The notes under the pieces were generated by a model, which saw only the letters and a program-made list of their open reading frames with translations, was not told the origin of the DNA and did not search any database. The translations under genes were made by a program, and so were the position numbers. 32,000 nucleotides of DNA from Okeania sp. (GTDB lineage Bacteria > Cyanobacteriota > Cyanobacteriia > Cyanobacteriales > Microcoleaceae): NCBI RefSeq assembly GCF_035285525.1, contig NZ_JAYKGW010000018.1, positions 1-32,000 of the forward strand, in the 5' to 3' direction. Below, in pieces: positions 8,761 to 19,351 of the stretch (positions within the stretch are counted from its first letter, which is position 1; each line of letters begins with the position of its first letter).

Positions 8761-9025
8761 CCGTGTCATCAATTAAATAAGTTGACAACAAGGCTACTCT
8801 CTGTTATGTAAAAATGGCGATCGCGGTTGGGTAGGTTTAGATAGAGCGAGCGCATAGCTGAAATTGTGCGGTCTGTAGGGGCGGGTTTCTCAGTTAAATG
8901 AACGATTTTCAAAAGTCGAGTTAGATAAACCCGCCCCCCCAATGATGTAATGAACAGTTTTAACTTTGTCAGTCCACTACTTTTGTTGATAAAGCTTCTA
9001 ACATCTAATTGATGACACACCCTAG
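8761..9025. mobile_element. MITE-like element, family B (~265 bp; termini ..GTGTCATCAATTAAA ... TTAATTGATGACACACCC; internal GGGGCGGGTTT hairpin and HIP1 site)
   Basis: Aligns along its full length with 11849-12118. Track ORF 8769..9080 (-) is judged spurious. Confidence 0.7.
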
Positions 9026-9184
9026 CTACTATGATATTTTCTCCTTTCTCCCCTACTCCCTTCTCCCCCTCTCCCCACAAGCTTTTCAGGAGTTATAGGT
9101 AAGGGATAGCTCTGGAACGGTGACTTATATTTCAAAACTTTAAGAGCTATAATCATTTCCTAATCATACTTTCAGTATACTGTC

Positions 9185-9218
9185 AAATTCTAAATTCTAA
9201 ATTCTAAATTCTAAATTT
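9185..9218. repeat. Heptamer tandem repeat (AAATTCT)x~4.5, ~80 nt upstream of the ADH start
   Basis: aaattctaaattctaaattctaaattctaaattt. Confidence 0.8.
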
Positions 9219-9296
9219 GTACTTTCCAGTCGATAACTTTTCCAGGTTAAAATTAACAAAATTATAGAAAATAATACAGCAAAGAAAACTCTAAAC

Positions 9297-10307
9297 ATGA
9301 CTACAGTTCACGCTTACGCAGCCACAAAAAATGGTAGAACTCTCGAACCCTTCGAGTATGAACTAAGTCCCATTGAAGGACAAGATGTTGATATTGCCGT
9401 AGAACATTGTGGCATTTGTCACAGTGACTTAAGTATGATGGAAAATTCTTGGGGAATGACTCAATATCCCATTGTACCCGGTCACGAAGTAGTTGGTACA
9501 GTTTCCGCAATTGGAAAAGATGTCACCCACGTCAAAGTAGGCGATCGCGTCGGTTTAGGTTGGCACTCCGGCTATTGTATGGCCTGTTCAGAATGTTTAG
9601 GTGGTAATCATAACCTTTGTACTACTGCATCTGCAACCATTATTGGTAGACATGGAGGTTTTGCCGATCTTGTGAGGGCCAGAGGAGTAAGTGTCATTAA
9701 ATTGCCCAAAGACCTTGACTTTCCTTCTGCTGGTCCACTCCTTTGTGGTGGTATTACAGTATTTAATCCCCTAGTCCAATTTAATATTTCACCCACAGCA
9801 AGTGTTGGTGTCATTGGTATTGGTGGTTTAGGACATATAGCTCTCCAATTCTTGAGTGCCTGGGGTTGTCAAGTTACAGCTTTTAGCTCTAGTCCCTCAA
9901 AAACTGAAGAAGCACTAAAATTAGGGGCGCATGATACACTCAATTCACGAGACCCTGAAGCGTTAAAAGCTAGTGCAGGTCGTTTTGACTTAATACTATC
10001 GACAGTAAATGTTAAGTTAGATTGGAATGCCTATGTCCAGACCCTTAAACCCAAAGGTCGTCTCCATCTTTTAGGAGTTGTTACTGAACCACTTGATTTA
10101 AGTTTGGTTCCCATGTTATTTGGCCAGCTTTCTGTATCATCTTCTCCAGTTGGTAGTCCAGAAACAATTACCCAAATGTTAGAATTTGCTGCTCTTCATC
10201 AGATTAAGCCCATCACAGAACATTTTCCCATGAGTAAGGTCAATGAAGCAATGGAACATTTACATGGCGGTAAAGCACGATATCGAATAGTTTTGGATCG
10301 TGAATAA
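9297..10307 (+). CDS. Zn-dependent NAD(P) alcohol dehydrogenase (MDR superfamily; cinnamyl-alcohol-dehydrogenase/AdhA-like)
   Basis: 336 aa. Has the catalytic Zn motif CGICHSD...GHEVVG, structural Zn cysteines [15 protein letters not shown], and Rossmann motif GIGGLGH. Confidence 0.85.
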   Translation: MTTVHAYAATKNGRTLEPFEYELSPIEGQDVDIAVEHCGICHSDLSMMENSWGMTQYPIVPGHEVVGTVSAIGKDVTHVKVGDRVGLGWHSGYCMACSECLGGNHNLCTTASATIIGRHGGFADLVRARGVSVIKLPKDLDFPSAGPLLCGGITVFNPLVQFNISPTASVGVIGIGGLGHIALQFLSAWGCQVTAFSSSPSKTEEALKLGAHDTLNSRDPEALKASAGRFDLILSTVNVKLDWNAYVQTLKPKGRLHLLGVVTEPLDLSLVPMLFGQLSVSSSPVGSPETITQMLEFAALHQIKPITEHFPMSKVNEAMEHLHGGKARYRIVLDRE

Positions 10308-10468
10308 ATAGACATTTTCTCAAAAGAGGAAGCTCAGGAGTAGGGAAGAATAATTGATTATTTCTTAATAATTGATTTGATCTAAACCTTGGTTTTAGAG
10401 CTATGCTTTGCTTATTGCTTTTGTCTAATTTATGATTTACTGAACTTGAAACTTTTACTAATTTACTC

Positions 10469-11587
10469 ATGCTAAATACACAAACAATCATTTCAATTTT
10501 ATTAGTATTTGTGCCTATCTCCATCGCAGCTAATGTTATGGAATTAGGTTCATCAGCTATCTTTATTACATCTGCTATAGCAATTATTCCCTTAGCAAGT
10601 TGGATGGGTACAGCAACTGAAGAAATTGCGGTTGTTCTTGGTCCTAACTTAGGTGGTTTATTGAATGCTACATTTGGCAACGCTACAGAATTAATTATCG
10701 GTATTATTGCTTTAAATGCTGGATTAGTAAGCGTAGTTAAAGCAAGTATTACTGGTTCTATAATTGGTAACTTATTGTTAGTAATGGGTCTATCAATGTT
10801 TTTAGGTGGGTTACGTTTCAAAGAACAAACATTTCAGTCTGTAGTAGCTCGTTTAAATGCTTCAGCAATGAATTTAGCTGTTATTGCTATTTTAGTACCA
10901 ACAGCAGTAGATGCTACTTCTCAGGGTATCGGTGAAAATACAATGCAAAATTTATCTGGTGCAGTAGCAGTAGTATTAATTACTGTTTATATACTCACCT
11001 TATTATTTTCCATGAAAACTCACTCTTATTTATATGAAGTTGGTTTGGCAGAAAATGAATCTGATGAATTAAATGCTGACAGTGAATCAGAAAAAGAGTC
11101 TGAACATAAACCTAATTTGTTACTGTGGATTTCAGTATTATTAGTCGCAACTTTAGTAGTAGCATTTGAATCAGAATTACTGGTTGATTCTTTAGAAGAA
11201 GCTACTGCTACTCTAGGATTAACAAGTTTATTTACTGGTGTGATTATAGTTCCAATTATTGGTAATGCTGCTGAACACGCTACAGCAGTAACTGTTGCTA
11301 TGAAAAATAAAATGGATTTATCTGTTTCTGTGGCAGTAGGTTCTAGTTTACAAATTGCTTTATTTGTTGCTCCTGTATTAATTTTGGCTGGTATAGTATT
11401 AGGTCAACCTATGGATTTGAATTTTAATCCTTTTGAATTAATAGCAGTAGTAGTAGCGGTATTAATTGCTAATTCTGTCAGTTCGGATGGTCGTTCTGAT
11501 TGGTTGGAAGGAGCTTTATTGTTAGCAGCTTATGCTGTTTTAGGATTAGCCTTTTATTTCCATCCCGTAATTGAAGGATTGAGTTAG
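10469..11587 (+). CDS. Ca2+/H+ exchanger (CaCA/CAX family)
   Basis: 372 aa and polytopic. Has the two alpha-repeat signatures GNATELI and GNAAEH, separated by an acidic loop (ENESDELNADSESEKESE). Confidence 0.85.
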   Translation: MLNTQTIISILLVFVPISIAANVMELGSSAIFITSAIAIIPLASWMGTATEEIAVVLGPNLGGLLNATFGNATELIIGIIALNAGLVSVVKASITGSIIGNLLLVMGLSMFLGGLRFKEQTFQSVVARLNASAMNLAVIAILVPTAVDATSQGIGENTMQNLSGAVAVVLITVYILTLLFSMKTHSYLYEVGLAENESDELNADSESEKESEHKPNLLLWISVLLVATLVVAFESELLVDSLEEATATLGLTSLFTGVIIVPIIGNAAEHATAVTVAMKNKMDLSVSVAVGSSLQIALFVAPVLILAGIVLGQPMDLNFNPFELIAVVVAVLIANSVSSDGRSDWLEGALLLAAYAVLGLAFYFHPVIEGLS

Positions 11588-11848
11588 ATTATTCTAGTCT
11601 ACATTATTCAGGATAAAATGTAGTATCAAGCTAGAAGTTAGAATCCAGAAGTCAGAAAAAATGGAAATCAGAGAAGAGATAGTCAGGCATTTTATCCTTT
11701 TTAGGGGACTTCCAGGTAAGAAATATTCCATTAGTTATTGAAGATAGGGAGAGTAGTAGAGATGTTGCATACAACTTCCCCATAGGGATTATATAGCAAC
11801 TAGGTAACGATGAAACAGAAAATTGGGATAATTTATATTTTGCTATTC

Positions 11849-12118
11849 CCTAGGGTGTGTCATCAATTAAATAAGTTGACAAAAAAACTGTTTTCTGTTA
11901 AAGGGAAATAGCGATCGCCATTTCTTAGGTTTAGATACAGCGAGGGCACACCTGAAATTCTGGGGTCGGTAGGGGCGGGTTTCTCAGTTAAATGAACGAT
12001 TTTTCATAGTGAGTGAGATCAACCCGCCCCCCAATGATGGAATACACAGTTTTAGCTTTGTCAGTCCACTACTTTTATTGATAAAGCTTCTAAGGTTTAA
12101 TTGATGAAACACCCTAGG
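11849..12118. mobile_element. MITE-like element, family B (~270 bp, ~22-bp terminal inverted repeat cctagggtgtgtcatcaattaa)
   Basis: The left end cctagggtgtgtcatcaattaaataag pairs with the right end ttaattgatgaaacaccctagg. The internal part matches 8761-9025. Confidence 0.7.
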
Positions 12119-12262
12119 TGGGTGGTAAGAAATTACCGAATTTTCGCTTGATCAGGCTCAAAGATTGAGGATTATAGCACATAGTTGGGCAGTTGGCAAG
12201 GAATAATTTTTCCGATTTATCGGGAACCGTGTACCTTCTGTACAACTCCCTGAAACTATTGA

Positions 12263-12298
12263 CTAGGTAGGGACCTGCCATGGCAGGTCCCTACCTAG
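12263..12298 (+). terminator. 36-nt perfect palindrome followed by a T7 run on the + strand; candidate intrinsic terminator or insulator between cax-side transcription and the tRNA
   Basis: ctaggtagggacctgcca|tggcaggtccctacctag, then tttttttatt. The gtagggac/gtccctac core also occurs in other small repeats (18674-18701, ~23336-23375), so it may be a repeat element rather than a dedicated terminator. Confidence 0.45.
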
Positions 12299-12334
12299 TT
12301 TTTTTATTAGTCTAAAGAATATAATCTGAATCTA

Positions 12335-12408
12335 CGGGTGCGGCAGGATTCGAACCTGCGACTCGCGACTTAGAAGGTCGCTACTCTATCCAACTGAGTT
12401 ACGCACCC
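12335..12408 (-). tRNA. tRNA-Arg (anticodon UCU)
   Basis: The reverse complement folds as a cloverleaf. Acceptor GGGTGCG/CGCACCC, D stem ACTC/GAGT, anticodon stem GCGAC/GTCGC with loop CTTCTAA (anticodon TCT), 5-nt variable loop, T arm GCAGG-TTCGAAT-CCTGC, discriminator G. No encoded CCA. Confidence 0.93.
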
Positions 12409-13051
12409 AATTATTAACAATGCAAGAAGTAATAGTGTTTCTTTACTACTATACTATAGTTAACCTCTAAATAAGTACTCAATTATTTAGATTAGATTAA
12501 TAAAGTCAAACTCTAAAATCTAATATTAGCCAATTTCCTCAAATGCCTTAACAATGTAATTTTAACACAAGTTTTGGTTGTATTACCTCAAATAAGGTAT
12601 CAGAATTTAGTAAAAAGCTAAATATGCAAGGAATTTGTCTTTAGTAAAAGGATACATACAAAATGAGCTGGACATTCTAACCTACTAAAAAATATAGATA
12701 AGGGGTAAGTTGTCCATTCTGCAAAACTATTAACATTATCGAACCAAAGACTCTTAATTATAAGCAAATGGTTAAGTATTAACCAGTATTAATACTTTAT
12801 TATGTAATTTGGTCAACAGTTCAGATAAACTCAATCTATCTAGCTTTAAAATATGTTTCCCCAAAAAAATGCCTATTAAACTGTTTCATCTGAAAACGAT
12901 CCAATAAAAAAATTGGTACTAAATTGCTTCATTATAATTCATAATGATAATTATAATGCACTATTTTAACTAAAAAGGTCTACTATAGTAATCAGGAAGC
13001 AGATGTGAGAATTTGTTTGAAACAGAAGCTCTAATATGATAATAATACCAT

Positions 13052-13261
13052 AAGCATTCAGCAGTCAGCTATTAGCTAGCCTTTTGCAGAGGAACTTCCT
13101 AATTCAGCTATGAGTTATTATCTAAATTATCTTGTCAGAAAAAATTAGTAGTCAAAGAGTGACAGAAGAATGAAATATTTCTGTCAGCTAACCTTAGTCT
13201 TGGCTTGGTTATTTTAAGAGCTGTTAAGAAAGTTCTGACCCAGGAAGCTAGCTGAATGCTT
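13052..13261. mobile_element. MITE-like element, family D (~210 bp; termini AAGCATTCAGC ... GCTGAATGCTT)
   Basis: aagcattcagcagtcagctattagctagcc...ggaagctagctgaatgctt. Its left part aligns with 26569-26650. Confidence 0.65.
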
Positions 13262-13416
13262 CATCATACCATTAATACCTTCCTCTCATAAATCATTCCT
13301 GATTGGTATATCGTTTTCTTGAAAATAATCCTATATTTAAAATAAATCAATGTTAAAGGGGTTACAATTACACCAAACATACCCCAAGGTGATGATGGGA
13401 GTCTAATGAAAGTGTC

Positions 13417-14088
13417 ATGTTTATTCTGAAAAGGCAAGATGTTGAAATTACAAGTATTACACACCCCAAGGGGGAACAAAAGATCCCCATTCTTAATTAT
13501 CAAGGACAAACTTTTCGCTTAATCAATATCTTTAAGGCAGAGCAAGCTGAAGAAGCGAGAACTTTCTGGCGAGATTTAACAGATAATCGTGGTAAAGCTT
13601 GTGTTTTACTAGAGGAACCTGACCGATATAGTGTTTGGGGTAAAATTCGCTTGGAGCAACTTGCTACTGAAGAAGCAAATGAGAATGAAACTGTTACTAC
13701 AGCTTGTATTCACGGTTGTTTGTTTTTGGTACAAGCAGTTTACTTTGATGTGGAAGATCTATTGGGCAATAGACAGGCCAAGTCATTTCAGAAAGATTTT
13801 AGCAAAGTCCTGAAAGAGAAAAACTTTCCTGATATAGATTCTGCCGATGCAATTAAAGCTTTATTGATAGACGATCCTCTGACAAAATTACAACTACCTT
13901 CCTGGCGAGAAGTTCACCTTTATACTTTATTACAAGAAGTCCATCGTTTAGGGGAAGAATATTTTGGTAATTCCAATTTTGCTGAAGGCATTGACGAAAT
14001 CTTAGAACCTATGAATACCCCTGAGAGAAATCAGTTTATAGCTTGGCTAAGTCAATCTCCTGAAGGTAAAAAATGGGCAATGAAATAA
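13417..14088 (+). CDS. Hypothetical protein (223 aa, soluble); looks like a conserved cyanobacterial protein of unknown function
   Basis: Clean ORF with non-repetitive composition and no recognisable catalytic motif. I cannot place it in a family with confidence. Confidence 0.6.
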   Translation: MFILKRQDVEITSITHPKGEQKIPILNYQGQTFRLINIFKAEQAEEARTFWRDLTDNRGKACVLLEEPDRYSVWGKIRLEQLATEEANENETVTTACIHGCLFLVQAVYFDVEDLLGNRQAKSFQKDFSKVLKEKNFPDIDSADAIKALLIDDPLTKLQLPSWREVHLYTLLQEVHRLGEEYFGNSNFAEGIDEILEPMNTPERNQFIAWLSQSPEGKKWAMK

Positions 14089-14441
14089 GTTTGATTTTAA
14101 ACAAAATTTAAAATAGCAATCTCCTACTAACTGTATCAATTTTTATAACTGTTGATTTCAACTTAAAACTTCTAAAATTGTTTATGCTTACAACTTTATA
14201 GCTCTTCTAGCTAATTTATAATTGGTACTAAAATATTATAAATTTAGTTGATATTTTAACAATTTTAAAGTATTAATTTTCATCCTAATAAAACCCTGAA
14301 ACTAACACTATTTTTTGACTCGATCAATCTTGATTTTTCTCTATAAAAAAACTATAGATAAATCTGAAAAAAGAACTAAATAGTTTTGAGGAGTAAGGAT
14401 AAAATATTTAATATAAAGTAACGCTTAATGAGAAGATTCCT

Positions 14442-15398
14442 ATGAGCACCACTTCAGAAAAATCATCATCTGCTACTAAGCCCTTCTTTTCAGCCCAGAA
14501 TATTGTAATTATCGGTCTTACCTGGGGTGTAGTAGCTTTATTATTTTTTCTACTATTTAGTGTCCCTCTGCCTGGGGAAGAATTACCAGAGTGGTATTCC
14601 ATTGGCACTTATGTATTTGAACTAGGGGCTTACTTACTAGCTTCTATAGTTTGCTTTAAAAACTGGCAAAGCCCTCAAATGGTCAGTGGTCGTAATGTTT
14701 GGATAGGTATTGGTTTAGGATTATTGTTCTACTTTATTGGTGGTGTTTTGTTTGGTTGCTGGGAAGTACTCTGGGAACTAGACCCTGATGTTTCAATGGC
14801 AGATATTTTCTATATTATTTCCTACATATTTTTTGGTTGGGGTATGACTTTAGCTGTCACTTCCAAGCGATTAAATTTAGAAGTTTGGCAGTGGGTGGTC
14901 TTAGTTATAGTAGCATTGGCAGGAATCGCTTTTGCCATCTTAGTCGCTAATCCTTTTGATATATTTTCTAGCCCAGATGCTAAAACTTTGGCAGAAATAA
15001 TAGATGTAGGTGAAGAAATAGGAGAGGCATCCGATAGTTTGGCTCCACCTTGGGTTATTACTCTGGATAAGTATTTAGAACCCTATGCTTATGGTGTTAA
15101 CTTATTTTATATAATTGCAGATGTATTTTTACTAATTATTGCTACGGCTTTACTTCTAGCTTTTTGGGGTGGGCGTTTTTCTCAGTCTTGGCGAATGATT
15201 GCTGCTGCTACATTTTCACTATACATAGCTGATATGTATTTTAAGTGGGCAGATTCTTATGCTCAAGCAGAATATGAGAGTGGAGCTTTGTTGGAGGTAT
15301 TTTTTGTGTTTACTGCTATTCTGTTTGGAATAGGTGCAGCTTTAGAATATGATATCTCAACCCGTTCTCGCCAAAGTAGACGTAGTAGACGTAAGTAG
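14442..15398 (+). CDS. Hypothetical polytopic membrane protein (318 aa, ~8 predicted TM helices, basic C-terminal tail [11 protein letters not shown])
   Basis: Long ORF with regular hydrophobic segments; a terminator-like hairpin lies downstream. Confidence 0.65.
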   Translation: MSTTSEKSSSATKPFFSAQNIVIIGLTWGVVALLFFLLFSVPLPGEELPEWYSIGTYVFELGAYLLASIVCFKNWQSPQMVSGRNVWIGIGLGLLFYFIGGVLFGCWEVLWELDPDVSMADIFYIISYIFFGWGMTLAVTSKRLNLEVWQWVVLVIVALAGIAFAILVANPFDIFSSPDAKTLAEIIDVGEEIGEASDSLAPPWVITLDKYLEPYAYGVNLFYIIADVFLLIIATALLLAFWGGRFSQSWRMIAAATFSLYIADMYFKWADSYAQAEYESGALLEVFFVFTAILFGIGAALEYDISTRSRQSRRSRRK

Positions 15399-15441
15399 TT
15401 CTTCTTAAAACTTTCTTCGACTAGATTATTATTATTAAGAG

Positions 15442-15478
15442 CTAAGATTATCTACTAAATAATCTTAGTTCTTCAGTT
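15442..15478 (+). terminator. Candidate rho-independent terminator of the 14442-15398 gene
   Basis: 10-bp stem ctaagattat/ataatcttag with 7-nt loop ctactaa, followed by the T-rich ttcttcagttt. Confidence 0.45.
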
Positions 15479-15689
15479 TGGATAGTTTGGACAATTCCAA
15501 GGAAGTTGCAATTTAATAAATATCAATGTGTTAGTTAAAGTAGAATAGAATTTAAACTACGATTGGTATATTTTTGGGTCATGTATCAACCTATGAAGTC
15601 TAAATTTTTCAAATATAAAGTGCTTTTGAATCAGCAATTAAATAATTGCTATTTTCAAAAAATCATAGCTACAATCACGAACTTCCTAA

Positions 15690-16030
15690 CATTATTGGGA
15701 GGGCGGGTTTATTTAACCAACTTTTGAAAATTGTTCATTTAACTGAGAAACCCACACCTACGGACTGAATAATTTTTCATGACATTATTGGGAGGGCGGG
15801 TTTATTTAACCAACTGTTGAAAATTGTTCATTTAACTGAGAAACCCACACCTACGGACTGAATAATTTTTCATGGCATTATTGGGAGGGCGGGTTTATTT
15901 AACCAACTGTTGAAAATTGTTCATTTAACTGAGAAACCCGCCCCTACCGACACATAAAAAATGGCGATCGCCATTTCCCGAATAACAGATAGTAGCCTTT
16001 TTGTCAAGTTATTTAGTTGATGATACGTCC
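15690..16030. mobile_element. Family-B MITE derivative (opposite orientation, one end missing) with its hairpin core triplicated as 93-bp tandem units
   Basis: cattattgggagggcgggttt... starts at 15690, 15783 and 15876 (period 93). The right end gtcaagttatttagttgatgatacgtcc matches the family-B terminus. It ends ~18 bp from the dapB stop. Confidence 0.7.
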
Positions 16031-16047
16031 TCAGTTTTCCGTTAATT

Positions 16048-16875
16048 CTAAAGTATCTTTTCTAAACCATAGATAAGTTTGGTTAAAGATTGGACTTTAC
16101 GAATAGCCAGCAAAACCCCTGGCATATAACAAGACCTATCTGATGTATCATGCCGTAAAGTGTAAATTTGACCAGGCCCACCAAATATTACTTCTTGATG
16201 AGCTATCAATCCTGGTAAACGTACACTATGAATACGAATGCCTTCATCTGCTAAACAACCTCTAGCCCCTTCCATTTTTTCTGTTTCTTCTACAGTAGGA
16301 ACATTGTAAGTTTTTCCTAATTCTGATAACATTTCGGCTGTTTTAATGGCAGTACCACTGGGAGCATCAGCTTTTTGATTGTGGTGTAATTCAATAATCT
16401 CTACATGGTCAAAATGTTGGGAAGCGGCGATCGCTGCTTGTTGGAGCAAAACCATACCAATAGAGAAGTTAGGAATTATTAATGCACCAATACTGGCTTT
16501 TTCGGCAAATTCGGCCAAATCTTGAATTTGCTCTGGACTCAAACCTGTTGTTCCTACCACAGGTCTAACTCCATAAGCAATAGCAGAACGGACATTTTCG
16601 TAAACGCTATCTGGGTGAGTAAAATCAACCATTACAGCAGGTTGTTTTTCTTGAGCTGCCATGACTAATATTCCTTGTAAGTCATTTAGAATAGGAATTT
16701 CTAGGGGGCCACAACCAGCTACATCACCAATATCTTGGCCTACATATTCTGGTTGACGCTCTATTGCCCCAAAAAGAGTCATATCACTAGCATTGGCAAC
16801 AGCTTTTATTACTTCACGACCCATTTTACCTGCTGCACCACTTACAATTACTGGAATAGAAGTTTGGTTTGTCAT
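16048..16875 (-). CDS. dapB: 4-hydroxy-tetrahydrodipicolinate reductase
   Basis: 275 aa. Has the N-terminal dinucleotide-binding motif [12 protein letters not shown] and the DapB signature [15 protein letters not shown]. Confidence 0.92.
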   Translation of the reverse strand: MTNQTSIPVIVSGAAGKMGREVIKAVANASDMTLFGAIERQPEYVGQDIGDVAGCGPLEIPILNDLQGILVMAAQEKQPAVMVDFTHPDSVYENVRSAIAYGVRPVVGTTGLSPEQIQDLAEFAEKASIGALIIPNFSIGMVLLQQAAIAASQHFDHVEIIELHHNQKADAPSGTAIKTAEMLSELGKTYNVPTVEETEKMEGARGCLADEGIRIHSVRLPGLIAHQEVIFGGPGQIYTLRHDTSDRSCYMPGVLLAIRKVQSLTKLIYGLEKIL

Positions 16876-16878
16876 TTT

Positions 16879-16990
16879 CAGTTATCAGTTATCAGTTATT
16901 AGTACCTTGAACTTCAACCGGAGGCTTTCAAACCAGTTATCGGTTATCAGTTATCAGTTATCAGTACCTTCGGCTGAAGTTGGAGGCTGG
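16879..16990. repeat. Two direct modules [(CAGTTAT)n + AGTACC + 20-nt core + GGAGGCT] in the dapB-chlI divergent intergenic region
   Basis: (CAGTTAT)x3 at 16879-16899 and x4 at 16934-16961. Core segment aacttcaaccg (16910-16920) is complementary to cggctgaagtt (16971-16981) with one mismatch. Track ORF 16793..17017 is judged spurious. Confidence 0.75.
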
Positions 16991-17233
16991 AATATCCGAA
17001 ATTTAATTTTCCACTAATATTCAAAGAAGACTTTATAATTTTAGATCATTTTTTGATTTCCTTCAGAAACAGGACTAAAGCCATGAACGCTATTAGTAGC
17101 GTAACGCACCGACACGCTATATATAGTCCCTTTGGGTAAGTCCTGAGAAAATTAGATGAAGTAAGACAAGAAAGTAAAATTGTCCTTCAATATGCCAAAA
17201 TAAAAGATTAGTAATTATAATATAAAATCTACT

Positions 17234-18340
17234 GTGAGTCTAACCGTTCAAGCCAATAATCAGGTAAATACATCTGTTAAGCCAGCCGTTCCCAAAGGTA
17301 GGGCTGTTTTTCCTTTCACTGCTATTGTCGGCCAGGAAGAAATGAAACTGGCCTTATTATTAAATGTAATTGACCCCAAAATAGGGGGAGTAATGATTAT
17401 GGGAGATAGGGGTACGGGTAAATCTACTACTATTCGTGCTTTGGCTGACCTCTTGCCAGAAATTGAAATTGTTGTGGATGACCCTTTTAATAGTGACCCT
17501 TATGACCCAGATTTAATGAGTGATTCTGTGCGAGATAGATTGGCACAGGAGGAAGAAATTCCAGTTTTTACTAGAAAGGTCCAAATGGTGGATTTACCAT
17601 TGGGGGCTACGGAGGATCGGGTCTGCGGTACTATTGACATTGAAAAAGCTTTATCGGAAGGGGTGAAGGCTTTTGAACCGGGGTTACTAGCGAAGGCTAA
17701 CCGGGGTATTTTATATGTTGATGAGGTGAATCTTTTAGATGACCACTTGGTTGATGTTTTGCTGGATTCGGCGGCCAGTGGTTGGAATACTGTGGAGAGA
17801 GAGGGTATTTCTATACGTCATCCGGCTCGTTTTGTGCTAGTGGGTTCGGGAAACCCGGAGGAAGGGGAGTTACGACCTCAGTTGCTGGATAGATTTGGTA
17901 TGCACGCCGAAATTAGAACTGTAAAAGAGCCTTTATTAAGAGTGGAAATTGTGGAACAACGTTCTGCTTTTGACCAAAATTCTCCAGCATTTTTAGATAA
18001 GTATAAGTCACAACAGGAAGAGTTACAAAGTAAGCTTGTAGATGCTCAACAAAAGTTGAAGTTAGTGGAAGTTGACCATGATTTACGAGTGAAAATTTCT
18101 CAAGTTTGTTCTGAGTTGGATGTAGATGGTTTACGGGGGGATATTGTTACTAATCGTGCGGCAAAAGCTTTGGCTGCTTTTGAGGGTAATACGGAAGTGA
18201 GTGTTGAGGATATTGGTCGTGTTATTGTTATGTGTTTACGACATCGATTAAGAAAGGATCCTTTGGAAAGTATTGATTCTGGTGATAAGGTGAAGAAGGT
18301 ATTTAATAAGGTTTTTGGATTAGCAGAAGTAGAAGGATAA
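17234..18340 (+). CDS. chlI: Magnesium chelatase ATPase subunit I
   Basis: 368 aa with a GTG start. [40 protein letters not shown] (Walker A) and the rest of the protein are typical ChlI. Confidence 0.93.
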   Translation: MSLTVQANNQVNTSVKPAVPKGRAVFPFTAIVGQEEMKLALLLNVIDPKIGGVMIMGDRGTGKSTTIRALADLLPEIEIVVDDPFNSDPYDPDLMSDSVRDRLAQEEEIPVFTRKVQMVDLPLGATEDRVCGTIDIEKALSEGVKAFEPGLLAKANRGILYVDEVNLLDDHLVDVLLDSAASGWNTVEREGISIRHPARFVLVGSGNPEEGELRPQLLDRFGMHAEIRTVKEPLLRVEIVEQRSAFDQNSPAFLDKYKSQQEELQSKLVDAQQKLKLVEVDHDLRVKISQVCSELDVDGLRGDIVTNRAAKALAAFEGNTEVSVEDIGRVIVMCLRHRLRKDPLESIDSGDKVKKVFNKVFGLAEVEG

Positions 18341-18654
18341 TTTTAGAGCTAATCTTTTTTAATTGTAGTTGAAATTGTTGAGGGAGAAGCATATTGATAA
18401 AGGCAGGTTTTGCATAAAAAATTGACTATTTAATAATTATGAAAAACTTGTTTTATGCCTTCTCCTAATTTGATTTAATTATGGATATTTTTTTCCGATA
18501 ATTAATTCAAAATACTAACTAAATTAAATATTTTAAATAAAGGAATTAGCAGTTACAGCAGTTTTCGTAGTTATGAGGTAAAGCTGTCGCGGGCAAGATG
18601 CCTACTAAACTGTTTTATATTAAATGGTGCGTTAGGGAGTCATAATTGATTGGT

Positions 18655-18870
18655 AGTAGGGGCGGGTTTTACTGTAGGGACGTTGCATGCAACGTCCCTA
18701 CAACGACGTCCGTACAACGAGTTTTCCAAGTAACCTCAATAAACCCGCCCCTAGTGATATAAACTACCGTCTCAGGGGCGGGTTTATGTAAATTTTAGAG
18801 TGAGCATGAAAATTTCCTGAGAAACCCGCCCCTACCCCATGCACTATTTTAGGTGAAACAGTCCACTACA
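18655..18870. repeat. Nested small repeats: a GGGGCGGGTTT hairpin element carrying a 28-nt palindrome in its loop, followed by an inverted family-A unit
   Basis: gtaggggcgggtttt...aaacccgcccctag (18655-18752) contains gtagggacgttgcatgcaacgtccctac (18674-18701). The family-A unit in opposite orientation lies at 18774-18870. Confidence 0.65.
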
Positions 18871-19351
18871 ATAATTTTACTATTTAACCTGTACCTTATT
18901 TGCCCGAAATATGCTGTAACATTTAGCATAGTCTTGCTGAAAAAGCAGAAATTTACTTGTCAAGACGTGGGGATGACTATTTACTGCTTTTTCTACCGAT
19001 TTACTATCAAATAAATTAGTTATTTAAGTTGTTTATATAGATAAATTTTAGTCTTTGATTTTTTATTCTATGGAAATGATTAATCTATTAATACTAAACT
19101 GGAGTTCTTGAATTGAGTTTTGATAAATCTATGATACAGATAAATTGTTTTTTTGAGTTTTGAAGTACCTACTCAAGATAAAGCAGAGTTTTTAGACAAT
19201 TGGAAAAAATTAGAAACTAACTTAAAACTAGCTGGTAGTTTGGTTGATGCTGAATCCTATTTAAAAATTGCTAGTCAAAAAAAAGAACTAACACTTATTA
19301 AGCTTTTTAATTGAAACTTCATGGCATTCCGGGAAATATTTTATTGATGTT

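Noticed and set aside
11588-13416. Integrated element or prophage remnant at the tRNA-Arg gene
   Set aside because: No integrase ORF or fragment was found in six-frame inspection. No direct repeat of the tRNA 3' end was seen in the window. The flanks contain only MITEs and stop-rich AT sequence.
19130-19320. Small ORF ending ..EVPTQDKAEFLDNWKKLETNLKLAGSLVDAESYLKIASQKKELTLIKLFN*
   Set aside because: It is only ~53 codons with a weak TTG start, has upstream stops in frame, and has no recognisable motif. It may be a gene fragment, but this cannot be supported from sequence alone.
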